Assembly: GCA_944393695.1 (NCBI GenBank) | Contig: CALYAY010000002.1 | Location: 46,244 to 110,243 of the forward strand | Origin: an uncultured Alphaproteobacteria bacterium | GTDB taxonomy: Bacteria > Pseudomonadota > Alphaproteobacteria > RF32 > CAG-239 | Direction: 5' to 3' | DNA: 64,000 bases | Shown: positions 52,826 through 63,448 of the stretch, in pieces | How the letters are laid out: each line of letters opens with the position of its first letter | How positions within the stretch are numbered: position 1 is the stretch's first letter | Notes under the pieces: generated by a model | Databases searched by the model: none | Told to the model about the DNA's origin: nothing | The model's input: only the letters and a program-made list of their open reading frames with translations | Program-made: the position numbers and the translations under genes

Positions 52826-53059
52826 TCAATGAACGCTTTGCGGGTTCAAATCATTTTGCCGGGCAACGATAAAGGCATAATCCCGGTTATCGGTAGCCGC
52901 CAGCCTCGTCCCGTCTGCGGCGCAAATCAGCCACATATTTTTACCGTTCTGCATTTCCGGCTTAATAAAGGCCGTATTCTTGTCTTCCCATACCGGCAAA
53001 TCATCAAAAAACTCTGCCCTCACACCCCGATACTGGTCAAATTCCTTCTGTTTTTGCAT
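52826..53059 (-). CDS. small conserved hypothetical protein (DUF1150-like; family name from memory)
   Basis: 77-aa ORF with the pattern ...AFIKPE...DGTRLAATDNRDYAFIVARQNDLNPQSVH. Confidence 0.4.
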   Translation of the reverse strand: MQKQKEFDQYRGVRAEFFDDLPVWEDKNTAFIKPEMQNGKNMWLICAADGTRLAATDNRDYAFIVARQNDLNPQSVH

Positions 53060-53149
53060 CTTCTTACACTTTCTGTATATTATTTATATATTTCTTAACC
53101 TATTTCCATTTTATTAAATAATAGCTAACATGACAGAATAAGGATAAAA

Positions 53150-54787
53150 TTGATGTTTTTCAGCTTAAACAAAAAGGTTATTTATACCATTGCCGCATTT
53201 TTCATCGCGATATCAATCATTTTCCTTTATTCTTTTTACATCGCCTACGGCAACAAAATCCAAAACGAACAGATAAACATCTTCCAGCGCAACCAGCAAT
53301 ACCTGGAAATGCTTTATGAAAACATCAACCTGCGCAAACGCCTGAGCCAGATTGACAGTCACGAACTGGTCAACATCCGGCAGCGCGAAGCCGAACTCAG
53401 CAACGAAAAAAAACTGACCGAAACCGCCATCCGCAATTATGACATCCGTTATGAAACCATCAAAGACGGTATCATGATAATTCTCTTCAGCGCAGCCCTG
53501 ATCTCATTTTTAATGATAATCTTGGGCATTCTGATTCGCCGGCTGGTTATCATTCCGATAAACACCCTCGCCGAAATCAGCCAGAAAATATCCGAAGGCG
53601 ACCTTTCCCTGCGCGCCCCCGTTGCCTCCGACAAACAAACCCATGACGAGCTTGATATTTTATCCTCGGTTTTCAATGAGATGATTTCCAATATTGAAAA
53701 TAACACAATTGAAACCAAACGCCGCGAAAAATTTCTCCAGTCGCTCATCGACAGCATTCCCGACGGCATCTGCGTTCTGCATCCGGACGGAACCATCGCC
53801 GTCGCCAACAAAGAATACTACCGCCAGATAAACACCCGCAAAGGCCGCTCCCAACACAAATGCTATGCTCTCAACCACCGCCGGAACGATATGTGCACCG
53901 ATCTCAGCTGCCCGATTAAAGAAATCATTCACAACGGACAAAGCAATTTCCGCGGCGTCCAGCAATTCAGCAACACGCCGGGACACCACTTCTCCATCAA
54001 TGCCGCTCCCCTGCATATTACCAACAACAACGGTCAAAAAGAAACCCTGGTCGTCACCTCCATCCGCGACCTGAGCGACGATATCCGCTTTTCTCACCAG
54101 CAAAAACTGTTTTCCCTCGGTTTTCTGGCCACTTCCGTCGCCCATGAGATGAAAAACCATCTCGGCTCCATCCGTATGATTGTCGAAGGCATGCTCGACA
54201 AATTCTACCCGGGCAGAAAGAAAAGCGAAGAGAAAAAATATCTGCAAATGATAGACAAACAACTGATCGAATGTATCGACGTCCCCGAGCGCCTGCTCAA
54301 ACTGGCCCGTAACAATTCCCAAACCATGAGCCCCACCAACTGTGCCGAAAACATCAATGATGTCATCAGCCTGCTTGACTACGAGGCCAAACGCCGCGGC
54401 ATCATTGTCAAAACCCGCTATGAAGATTCAAACATCAGCATCCTGGGTAATGACACCGATTTCAAGATGGTTCTTATTAATCTGATTCAAAATGCTTTCC
54501 ATGCCATGGACGACGACGGAAAACTCGACATCAGCGTCCGCCGGGAAAACAAAAAACATATTGCCATCACCGTTTCCGACAATGGCAAAGGCATTCCCCC
54601 GGCCAACCTGCCGCACATCTTTGAACCTTTCTTTTCTGACGGCCACAACAGTCCCGATAAAGGCAATGGTCTTGGCCTGACAATTGTCAAATCCGTCGTC
54701 GAAAGCTTTGGCGGCACCATCACCGTTAAAAGCACGCCCGGCAGCGGAACAACCTTTACCATGACTTTTCCGCAGATAAAAGCCTGA
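53150..54787 (+). CDS. sensor histidine kinase (TM-HAMP-PAS-HisKA-HATPase)
   Basis: 545 aa. Two TM segments, HAMP, PAS-like region, H-box SVAHEMKNHLGSI, N/G boxes (NLIQNAFHAM, GLGLTIV). No response regulator is adjacent. Confidence 0.8.
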   Translation: MMFFSLNKKVIYTIAAFFIAISIIFLYSFYIAYGNKIQNEQINIFQRNQQYLEMLYENINLRKRLSQIDSHELVNIRQREAELSNEKKLTETAIRNYDIRYETIKDGIMIILFSAALISFLMIILGILIRRLVIIPINTLAEISQKISEGDLSLRAPVASDKQTHDELDILSSVFNEMISNIENNTIETKRREKFLQSLIDSIPDGICVLHPDGTIAVANKEYYRQINTRKGRSQHKCYALNHRRNDMCTDLSCPIKEIIHNGQSNFRGVQQFSNTPGHHFSINAAPLHITNNNGQKETLVVTSIRDLSDDIRFSHQQKLFSLGFLATSVAHEMKNHLGSIRMIVEGMLDKFYPGRKKSEEKKYLQMIDKQLIECIDVPERLLKLARNNSQTMSPTNCAENINDVISLLDYEAKRRGIIVKTRYEDSNISILGNDTDFKMVLINLIQNAFHAMDDDGKLDISVRRENKKHIAITVSDNGKGIPPANLPHIFEPFFSDGHNSPDKGNGLGLTIVKSVVESFGGTITVKSTPGSGTTFTMTFPQIKA

Positions 54788-54859
54788 AAATTTTAATTGC
54801 ATAAAAAAAATTTATGGTTTATATAAAAAGCAATCAGAAATAATAATAAGGAAAATTTT

Positions 54860-55081
54860 ATGAGTAAAGAAGAACTTCTGGAGCTTACCGGCGAAGTAAT
54901 TGAAAAGCTTCCCAATGCCATGTTCCGGGTCAGACTGGAAAACGGTGTTGAAATTTTGGCTCACACGGCCGGCAAAATGCGCAAATTCAGAATTCGGGTC
55001 ATGGTTGGCGATAAAGTTGATATTGAAATGACCCCTTACGATTTAACCAAAGGGCGTATCACTTTCCGTCATAAAGACTAA
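54860..55081 (+). CDS. infA: translation initiation factor IF-1
   Basis: 73 aa, S1-like; ...[35 protein letters not shown]... Confidence 0.9.
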   Translation: MSKEELLELTGEVIEKLPNAMFRVRLENGVEILAHTAGKMRKFRIRVMVGDKVDIEMTPYDLTKGRITFRHKD

Positions 55082-55090
55082 AATTCTCCT

Positions 55091-55118
55091 CCCCCGCTCC
55101 CGCGGGGGATATTTTTTT
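55091..55118 (+). terminator. Rho-independent terminator after infA
   Basis: CCCCCGCTCCCGCGGGGG followed by ATATTTTTTT. Confidence 0.65.
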
Positions 55119-55194
55119 GCCACGCCCTGAATTATTGAACATAAATCTTCAGATACGAAAAAGACGCTTTATCCAAGCGTCTTTTAAATTAAAA

Positions 55195-55284
55195 TGGCGG
55201 AGAGAGAGGGATTTGAACCCCCGGTACGCTTACGCGCACAATTGATTTCGAGTCAACCGCATTCGACCACTCTGCCATCTCTCC
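55195..55284 (-). tRNA. tRNA-Ser (anticodon CGA)
   Basis: Minus strand reads GGAGAGATGGCAGAGTGGTCGAATGCGGTTGACTCGAAATCAA...GGTTCAAATCCCTCTCTCTCCGCCA. Long variable arm, CGA anticodon loop, CCA end encoded. Confidence 0.85.
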
Positions 55285-55339
55285 GACGGCCCTTATTTAA
55301 TAGAATTTTTATTTTATTTTTGCAAGCATTATTTTCGTT

Positions 55340-55834
55340 TTATTCGCGCCCTTGATTAAAAAATTCCTCCTGCTCAATCATCTGCCTCACGCGCACCTTT
55401 TCTGCGGCCCCGTCTTTCACTCTGGACGACTGCCGGCCCACCGGCACATTAACCTCGTCTTCAATTCCGTTTCCCTCACGATACCGGCCGGCTCCCCCTC
55501 TGTCCAGACACTCAATGATAATCCCCATCACCCCGTATTTCAACTGAGCCTCTTTGGGAAACAAACGCCGGAGTCGCACCCTGATTTCCTCTCTGTTGTC
55601 ATAACCGAACAAAGACGGCGGCAACACATCCACCATATTATCGGCCGTATCAAAAACCAAAAATGCCTTTACCACACACATCAAACGCTCGTCAAGCTCC
55701 CGGCAGACAAACTCAATCAAATCGTTCGGCCGGATCATCTGCCTTTTCTCGTCAAACAAGCGCACATCAATTTTTTTCGAACCGTTCAAAATCTTTTCAA
55801 ACGAAAAACGCTGTAACGACATAACATGTTTCAT
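55340..55834 (-). CDS. ASCH (PUA-like) domain protein
   Basis: Start placed at MKHVMSLQRFSFEKILNGSKKIDVRLFDEKRQMIRPNDLIEF, which resembles ASCH/YqfB-type domains. The ORF-track extension is unsupported. Confidence 0.5.
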   Translation of the reverse strand: MKHVMSLQRFSFEKILNGSKKIDVRLFDEKRQMIRPNDLIEFVCRELDERLMCVVKAFLVFDTADNMVDVLPPSLFGYDNREEIRVRLRRLFPKEAQLKYGVMGIIIECLDRGGAGRYREGNGIEDEVNVPVGRQSSRVKDGAAEKVRVRQMIEQEEFFNQGRE

Positions 55835-55951
55835 GACAAGCCTCCGGATTTTTATTACACTATAAAACAAAAATCGCTCTCTGCCAAATATTTTATTCAA
55901 CACAAAAAAAGGAGATACATCCCGTATCCCCTTTTTCTGATTTAATTGCCG

Positions 55952-57121
55952 TCAGGCAAGTTTAGCCCTGATTTCTTCTTCGTCATAATGTCCCTCACCG
56001 GAAACAACAATCGTCGGTGCGGAAGTAAAGATATCCTGGGCAATTTCCCGGACATTGCGGGCAGACACCAGGAAAGTTGCATTGATACGCTCATCAATGT
56101 CGTACATTCCGGCACGTCCCAATTCTTGCCATGCGGCCTCAACGGCGGCGTCTTGCGGCTGCGAGAACTGAGCCAGCTTTTCGGAAGCAGCCCGTTGACG
56201 AGAAGTCTCCATCCGGCGATCCGAAGCCAAGGTATTCTTCAAACGGACAATATTGGCACATAAAATGTCAATATAAGGATTAATATCCTCACCGTTCTTC
56301 AACACAATCGACACACGCAGTGTCCGGGCTCCGTAATACCCCGCAATTTTAACTTCCCGCGTTGCTTCTGTTCCGACCAAAGAACGCTCCAAACGTCCCG
56401 ACAACATCGACATCAGCACATTTGCTTCCGCCACATTGTACAGGTTGGAAACATCCCAGCCCAAAGCAATCGTCTGATAGTTTCCGATCATTGGCAACTC
56501 GCCAAAACCGCCGGTATATTCCACGCGTTCAAAATTTTGCTTTTTACCGGCAGGAATATCACCCAGATACTGCTCTGCCAATGCGCGAACATCCTTCAGC
56601 GGCAGAGAAGACGAAACCCCAACCACCAGGTTCTTCCCGGTAAAATAGGTGTCAATCAATGCTTCCAAATCTTCCGTCTTAAACGACTGGACAGAAGCAA
56701 TGTAAGCATCAGTATCCCACACCAGCTTGCTGTTTCCAAAAGCCAGATGTTTATAGAACAATTTCCACTGGCGTTCCGGCAGCGGTGCAAGATCTCGTGT
56801 ATGCTGCACAATATCCGCAGCAGCGTTGTCAATCAAACTCTGGGACAAATCCGGATTTTTTAATACATCGGACGCTTTTTTCAAAAGAGACTCAAAATCC
56901 TTTTGAAAACCTCCGGTCAAAAAAGAGGTAATTGTCCCGCCCTGAATAGCCGTTGCATTTTCCAATTGCTGAAGCAATACGGATTCACAAACAGCAGCCA
57001 AACCAAGCGCCGGTTCATTCAAGTGACCAACGCCAACAGTGATTGCCAAACTACACGGTGCTTCTTTCTTCGCTTTAACAACAGTCAACACCAGACCGTT
57101 TTTCAAAACTATCTTTTTCAT
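55952..57121 (-). CDS. M16 (pitrilysin/insulinase) family peptidase-like protein, probably the non-catalytic form
   Basis: Start placed at MKKIVLKNGLVLTVVK. Two-lobed M16 fold pattern. No HxxEH zinc motif is visible. Confidence 0.55.
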   Translation of the reverse strand: MKKIVLKNGLVLTVVKAKKEAPCSLAITVGVGHLNEPALGLAAVCESVLLQQLENATAIQGGTITSFLTGGFQKDFESLLKKASDVLKNPDLSQSLIDNAAADIVQHTRDLAPLPERQWKLFYKHLAFGNSKLVWDTDAYIASVQSFKTEDLEALIDTYFTGKNLVVGVSSSLPLKDVRALAEQYLGDIPAGKKQNFERVEYTGGFGELPMIGNYQTIALGWDVSNLYNVAEANVLMSMLSGRLERSLVGTEATREVKIAGYYGARTLRVSIVLKNGEDINPYIDILCANIVRLKNTLASDRRMETSRQRAASEKLAQFSQPQDAAVEAAWQELGRAGMYDIDERINATFLVSARNVREIAQDIFTSAPTIVVSGEGHYDEEEIRAKLA

Positions 57122-57292
57122 AAATAATATGAATAAAACGTAAAACATAAAAATTAACAATCTCGTATTTATGGATACTACTCTACAAAATTTTTGTCAA
57201 CACATATTTTTAAATTTATTTAATTTCTTGCCGATTGCAGCAAGAAACGGCCAAAGAATTTGCCAAAACAAATAAGATTTTTAATAAAAACA

Positions 57293-57343
57293 AAAAAACC
57301 GCCCTTTCGGACGGCCTTTTTAATTGGAGCGGGCAATGGGATT
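57293..57343 (-). repeat. Direct-repeat copy 1: tRNA-Gly 3' terminal 20 nt plus its downstream terminator
   Basis: AAAAAAACCGCCCTTTCGGACGGCCTTTTTAATTGGAGCGGGCAATGGGATT is identical to 57470-57520. Confidence 0.8.
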
Positions 57344-57469
57344 GGCTTCGCTTCGTTTCGCCGCACGGGCGCTCATCAGCTTCGCTGACCGCGATACTCC
57401 CGTCTCGCTTTCGCTGGTTGTCGGACCACTCCTTCGTGGGTCCAAATCCGTTGCCGCTTTACCAATAAA

Positions 57470-57520
57470 AAAAACCGCCCTTTCGGACGGCCTTTTTAAT
57501 TGGAGCGGGCAATGGGATTC
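57470..57520 (-). repeat. Direct-repeat copy 2: native tRNA-Gly 3' end and terminator
   Basis: See copy 1. The hairpin GGCCGTCCGAAAGGGCGG plus T-run acts as a terminator on the minus strand. Confidence 0.8.
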
Positions 57521-57575
57521 GGACCCACGACATCAACCTTGGCAAGGTTGCGCTCTACCCCTGAGCTATACCCGC
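57501..57575 (-). tRNA. tRNA-Gly (anticodon GCC)
   Basis: Minus strand reads GCGGGTATAGCTCAGGGGTAGAGCGCAACCTTGCCAAGGTTGATGTCGTGGGTCCGAATCCCATTGCCCGCTCCA. Confidence 0.88.
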
Positions 57576-57713
57576 ATCATCAGAACGAAATATTAAATAA
57601 CATATTCAAAAAAAATTGCAAGCACTTTTTTACGTCTTTTCAAAAAAAATTTGTTCCCGGCACAAAAAAACAGAGCCCGCCCCAAGGCAGACCCTGTTTT
57701 TTTCTTCAGACGG

Positions 57714-59381
<1,668 letters not shown>

Positions 59382-59403
59382 TCAATTGATAAATTTTTCA
59401 CGA

Positions 59404-59703
59404 TTAATCGCTGATAACCGCCAGAATATCCGATTCTTTAACGATCAGCCGGTCTTCGCCGTTAACTTTAACCTCGGTTCCCGACCATTTGGCAAACAAA
59501 ACCTTATCGCCTTCCTTAACGCTCATCGGCACGATTTTTCCGTCCTCAGCGCGAAAACCATTACCGACAGCCTCCACAATCCCTTCGCTGGGTTTTTCTT
59601 TTGCCGTATCGGGAATAATAATTCCGCCCGCGGTTTTTGTCGTTGCTTCAATGCGTTTAATCAAAACGCGGTCATGCAATGGTTTAATATTCATCAGTAT
59701 CAA
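59404..59703 (-). CDS. groES: co-chaperonin GroES
   Basis: 99 aa, [14 protein letters not shown]... Confidence 0.97.
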   Translation of the reverse strand: MILMNIKPLHDRVLIKRIEATTKTAGGIIIPDTAKEKPSEGIVEAVGNGFRAEDGKIVPMSVKEGDKVLFAKWSGTEVKVNGEDRLIVKESDILAVISD

Positions 59704-59800
59704 CTCCTTAGTTTGAAAGTTACTTTTATGTCTGAACTATACTTAGGGAGTAATTATTTATAAATCAAGAAGCCGGCTCAAAATTTTTGCACTTTTTACA

Positions 59801-59828
59801 AAAAAAACCGCGAAATCAAATCCGCGGC
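59801..59828 (-). terminator. Rho-independent terminator after the channel gene
   Basis: Minus strand CCGCGGATTTGATTTCGCGG followed by TTTTTTTT. Confidence 0.6.
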
Positions 59829-59849
59829 ACAAAATTTTCATTTTTATCT

Positions 59850-60584
59850 TTATATTTTCACTTTCGGCGCCACACCGGTTGCCTTGCGCGTCACCTCGGC
59901 CACGGCACTGATAACAAAGCTGACCACCAGCAAAAACGAAATCAGAATAAACGAAACAAAGAAAACCCATGCATACGAAAATTCCATCATTACCGGCAGC
60001 GCCACACCTCCAAACCAATTGTCCAGCGTAAAAACCCTGAGCAGCGTAAACAACGAGGCCCCCAATGTAGCAAACTCCGGAAAAACGCCCCCGAACAAAC
60101 TGACGCCCATAATGGCAAACACATAAAAAAACACACCCAACACCGTCAGCATAGCCGCAAAACTCGGCATCAAACCGAGAAAAATCCCGATAACCTGCCG
60201 CAGCCGCGCCAGCCGGTTAACATAACGCAGCAGCAAAAACAAACGGAACGTCCGCAACACGATAAAATACCCTGTCACCGGAATTGCCGACAAAGCCACC
60301 ACCACCAGGTCAAAAACATTCCAGCCTGACTTGAAAAAATCGCGCTTTCCCGCATAAATTTTCATCAGCATTTCAACAATGAAAATCGCCAGGCACAACC
60401 TGTCCAGCAAAAACAAAATATTGCCGTACACCTGCATTTTGTCAGTGGCCATCAACCCCAGCACCACAGCATTAAACAAAATCAGCGACATAATCAGCCA
60501 GTCAAAATTCCGGCCGCTGACCAGTTTTTTCACTTTGCGTCTGTCCTGCTTGGATGATTTGATAAACCTGTCAATAAACCGCAT
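59850..60584 (-). CDS. voltage-gated cation channel, BacNav/NaChBac family (single 6-TM domain)
   Basis: 244 aa. S4 with periodic Arg (RTFRLFLLLRYVNRLARLR). Pore region LLRVFTLDNWFGGVALPVMME aligns to the NaChBac/NavAb FxxxTLESW filter but reads TLDNW. Confidence 0.75.
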   Translation of the reverse strand: MRFIDRFIKSSKQDRRKVKKLVSGRNFDWLIMSLILFNAVVLGLMATDKMQVYGNILFLLDRLCLAIFIVEMLMKIYAGKRDFFKSGWNVFDLVVVALSAIPVTGYFIVLRTFRLFLLLRYVNRLARLRQVIGIFLGLMPSFAAMLTVLGVFFYVFAIMGVSLFGGVFPEFATLGASLFTLLRVFTLDNWFGGVALPVMMEFSYAWVFFVSFILISFLLVVSFVISAVAEVTRKATGVAPKVKI

Positions 60585-60599
60585 TATTTTATTTCCTCT

Positions 60600-61274
60600 C
60601 TAAAGAAAAGCCATAACCAGCGCCCCGCCGGCAATAGCCGGGCCAAACGCCCCGTCTCTTTTTTTCCGGCACAAAGCATACAGACCGAACAAAACGCAGG
60701 CCAGCAAAATAACCGCCGGCAGTTTTTCCGGCCCCAGCCATGCCCCCGTTGCCGCCAGATACTTAATATCTCCGCCGCCGAACACGTCTTTGTTTTTCCA
60801 CACCAGAAGCAAACTGGCCACCACCGGCAGCACATAGCCGGCCGCTGCCCCGATAAAACTTTCTCCCGGCCCTGCCCAGCTGCCGCCAAACACCGCATAG
60901 CCAAAACCGGCAATCAACAGCGGCACCGTAATAATATCCGGCAAAATCTGCCACCGCAGATCCACCTCCGCCAACAGCAGCGCCGACCACACAAACAACA
61001 ACTGCCAGCCGATATGAGCTTCACCGTATTTCCAAAACATCGCATAAGAAAGTCCGGCTGCAGCCAAGGCATACAACAGCTTTCTGCCCCGATATTCCCG
61101 AACCTTTTGTTGATATTTTGGATTCTCCTTTGCCTTTTTACGGGACACTCCGGGCAACGGTTTAAAAATACGGTACAAAGCATAAGCCATTGTCGCCGGC
61201 ATAAACTTTCCGAACCGCCGCGCCGCATACGGAACAAACCAACCGAAAACCAATCCCGCCAAGGCATAAATCAT
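60600..61274 (-). CDS. A24 family prepilin peptidase (TadV/CpaA-like)
   Basis: 224 aa multi-TM protein with the conserved active-site region GGGDIKYLAA. Confidence 0.75.
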   Translation of the reverse strand: MIYALAGLVFGWFVPYAARRFGKFMPATMAYALYRIFKPLPGVSRKKAKENPKYQQKVREYRGRKLLYALAAAGLSYAMFWKYGEAHIGWQLLFVWSALLLAEVDLRWQILPDIITVPLLIAGFGYAVFGGSWAGPGESFIGAAAGYVLPVVASLLLVWKNKDVFGGGDIKYLAATGAWLGPEKLPAVILLACVLFGLYALCRKKRDGAFGPAIAGGALVMAFL

Positions 61275-61289
61275 TATACAACTCCTGTT

Positions 61290-61955
61290 TTTCCTCTTAA
61301 AGCTTACCCGCCAACTATAAAAAAAAGATTAATCTGCTGCAAAATTTCCTGTTTCTGATTTTTCTCCCTGAAAACTCATCCTCTCTCCCGTCATCCCCAC
61401 CCTTTCCTTCTTTATGTCATCCTCGGGTTTAACCCGAGGATCCAGGTCAAACCTATTATCCTCCCCCCTAAAACCTTTTCTCCATATTTCCCCTCCCTAA
61501 AGTTTTAGGGCTGGAGGCAGAAAATATCTCCGGTGGAGATATTTTCAACGACAGGCGAGAGTTTGTTAGCTCATGAGCTAGCGACAGCAACGCGAAATGA
61601 GCGTTACAAACCGAGTGACCGCAGCGACTTAGCAAACGCAGTGAGCTTAGGAGCCAGAAGGTCGGGAAGGGTTTCACATTCAAATAAAAACTGTCATCCC
61701 TCGTTCAGCGCCAGTCTGAACGTCAGGGGATCTTCTTTATTGCCCTCTCCCCTTTCAAAAGGGGAGCCGGTGGGGTTAAATATTAGCCTTATATCCTCTC
61801 CCTCACCCACGTCACTCCGTTCCGCGACCTCTCCCCTCCCTAAAGACTTAGGGAGGGGTTGGGGAGGGTTTCATTCATACTCAAATAAAACCCCGTCCAT
61901 TTTCCCGTCATTATATTTAAAATATACATTGATTATTTGTAAAATATCTGCTAAT
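61290..61955. repeat. Palindromic repeat cluster (with a relic gene 5' fragment) upstream of the 61996 gene
   Basis: Contains copies of units seen at 5344-5371, 5387-5530 and 48951-49047, plus CCCTCCCTAAAGACTTAGGGAGGGGTTGGGGAGGG. The minus-strand ORF at 61468-61683 is the translated repeat. Confidence 0.8.
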
Positions 61956-61974
61956 ATAAGATTCGTGAAGACAA
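61956..61974 (+). promoter_or_regulatory. Conserved upstream motif ATAAGATTCGTGAAGACAA (copy 2)
   Basis: See 5840-5858. Confidence 0.45.
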
Positions 61975-61995
61975 CAACAAGACAAAGGTGATATT

Positions 61996-63057
61996 ATGAT
62001 GAACAGTAACAAAGCATTATTGCTTATTTCAGCATCAGGGCTGCTGCTTATGCCCTGCGGCATATCTTTGGCAGCTTATTTGCCTCAGTCATCTCTTCCG
62101 GATGCGATTACATCTGTCTATAACACACACTTCACACACACCTCTCACCCGGGGGAAGTGTTGTTGTCTTCTGCCTTTTATCCTCTCCCTGAAAACTCAG
62201 GGAGCTCTCTATTCTACCCCCTCCCTAAAAACTTAGGGAGGGGTTGGGGAGGGTTTCACAACACCACCCTTATCCAACTCGCTGCGACTTGTTTTGTGAC
62301 CGATACCTCGGCCTGTTCGGGCAACGAGTTTTCCGGCAATAATGCCGATGATGACGGACATGGTGCTCCCGGCGGTCCCGGAGACGGTGACGATTATGAG
62401 CTTGATAATAAAGAGCGTTGCAATAAAGAGGGCTATTATCTGACTTCATGCCCGGACGGACAAGAGGGTTCAGGTTTCTGCCCCTATGACAACGGTTATT
62501 TCGAAAAATGTGTTTCGTCCTGTCCTTCAAATTATGTGACCTGTGAACCGCCTTACTATGGCGTGGGTGAGGCTTGTAACGGTAAATATGCCTCTTGTGA
62601 AAAAGACACTGAGCGCGCCTGTCAGGAATTAAACCCCGGTTATGTCGATGAATGCGGCACCGGACAACAATTAAGCGATGACAGATGTTCTTATGATAGC
62701 TCTTACGGCACCTGTTGTAATACTTGTGAGGGTTACGATAACACCACTATTTCCGAGGGCTATGTGCAAGACGGCGAGGCCTGCACCGGCTGCGACGGTC
62801 AGGAACATTATAAGATAAAACCCAACCCGTGTGACGGATTTATGGACTGCGGCTCCATGGGCGGCGAAGCCGGAGCGAAGACCTGCCTGTCGGGGACAAC
62901 CACCATGTACGACAATTGTAAGGCCTGTCCCAACTTGGGAGAATACACTACCTGTCCGAGCTGTACCATATGCCAGTATGAAGAATGCTCCGGTCTGTGG
63001 TATGCCACCGGCTGTGCCACGAATTGTACGGATTATTGTGACTTCTGCGGCGGGTGA
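61996..63057 (+). CDS. Secreted Cys-rich protein homologous to the N-terminal two-thirds of the 3822-5813 protein; lacks the DUF1566-like domain
   Basis: 353 aa. Signal peptide. Shared blocks THTSH, LPENSG, LIQLAATCFVTD, CSGNEF, DDYELD, FCPYDN.YFE.C, CEPPYYGVGEAC.GKYASCE. Same upstream motif ATAAGATTCGTGAAGACAA. A palindromic repeat is translated in-frame as PLPKNLGRGWGGFH. Confidence 0.65.
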   Translation: MMNSNKALLLISASGLLLMPCGISLAAYLPQSSLPDAITSVYNTHFTHTSHPGEVLLSSAFYPLPENSGSSLFYPLPKNLGRGWGGFHNTTLIQLAATCFVTDTSACSGNEFSGNNADDDGHGAPGGPGDGDDYELDNKERCNKEGYYLTSCPDGQEGSGFCPYDNGYFEKCVSSCPSNYVTCEPPYYGVGEACNGKYASCEKDTERACQELNPGYVDECGTGQQLSDDRCSYDSSYGTCCNTCEGYDNTTISEGYVQDGEACTGCDGQEHYKIKPNPCDGFMDCGSMGGEAGAKTCLSGTTTMYDNCKACPNLGEYTTCPSCTICQYEECSGLWYATGCATNCTDYCDFCGG

Positions 63058-63394
63058 GGGGATTGCTGCTTATTTCCTCGCCCTTGAGGGGAGAGGTAAG
63101 GAAGGAGGAAAAGTAAACACTGTCATACTCCAACTTGATTGGAGTATCCAGGTTAGATAAAGCAGCTGTTTCATTCCACCTGGATCCTCGGGGCAAGCCC
63201 GAGGATGACAAAGAGAGAGGGTGAGGATGGCAGAGAAAGAAAGGAGCCGGGAATGACATTGTCCCTTTTACCTCTCCCTTGAGGGGAGAGGTCGCGAAAC
63301 AGAGTGACGCGGGTGAGGGTGAAGAAAAAGCCCCCCCCTCCAACTCCCCCTAAGATTTTAGGGGGAGGGGGTAGAGCCCTAAGGTTTTAGGGAG
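63058..63394. repeat. Palindromic repeat cluster between the 61996 gene and family copy C
   Basis: CCTCGCCCTTGAGGGGAGAGG, the 63121-63209 composite unit, CCTCTCCCTTGAGGGGAGAGG, CCCCCTAAGATTTTAGGGGGAGGGGG. Confidence 0.8.
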
Positions 63395-63448
63395 AGGATA
63401 TAAGGAGAAAAAATATTATTAACAACTAATATAAAAAGGAGAAAGGTT

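Noticed and set aside
57293-57520. Possible two-piece (permuted) tmRNA adjacent to tRNA-Gly, suggested by the duplicated tRNA-like 3' end with CCA
   Set aside because: No reading frame ending in a (A/V/L)AA-type tag peptide with an adjacent stop could be found in the intervening 126 nt on either strand. The duplicated segment includes the downstream terminator, which fits a direct repeat better than an RNA gene.
59705-59800. CIRCE (HrcA) operator upstream of groES
   Set aside because: No TTAGCACTC-N9-GAGTGCTAA inverted repeat is present. A weak sigma32-like CTTGAT-N16-CCCTAAGT is visible on the minus strand, but it is too degenerate to call.
61468-61683. 71-aa minus-strand ORF treated as an independent gene
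   Set aside because: It is the in-frame translation of repeat units identical to those inside the 3822 gene. It is better explained as a relic fragment or an open frame intrinsic to the repeats than as a stand-alone gene.
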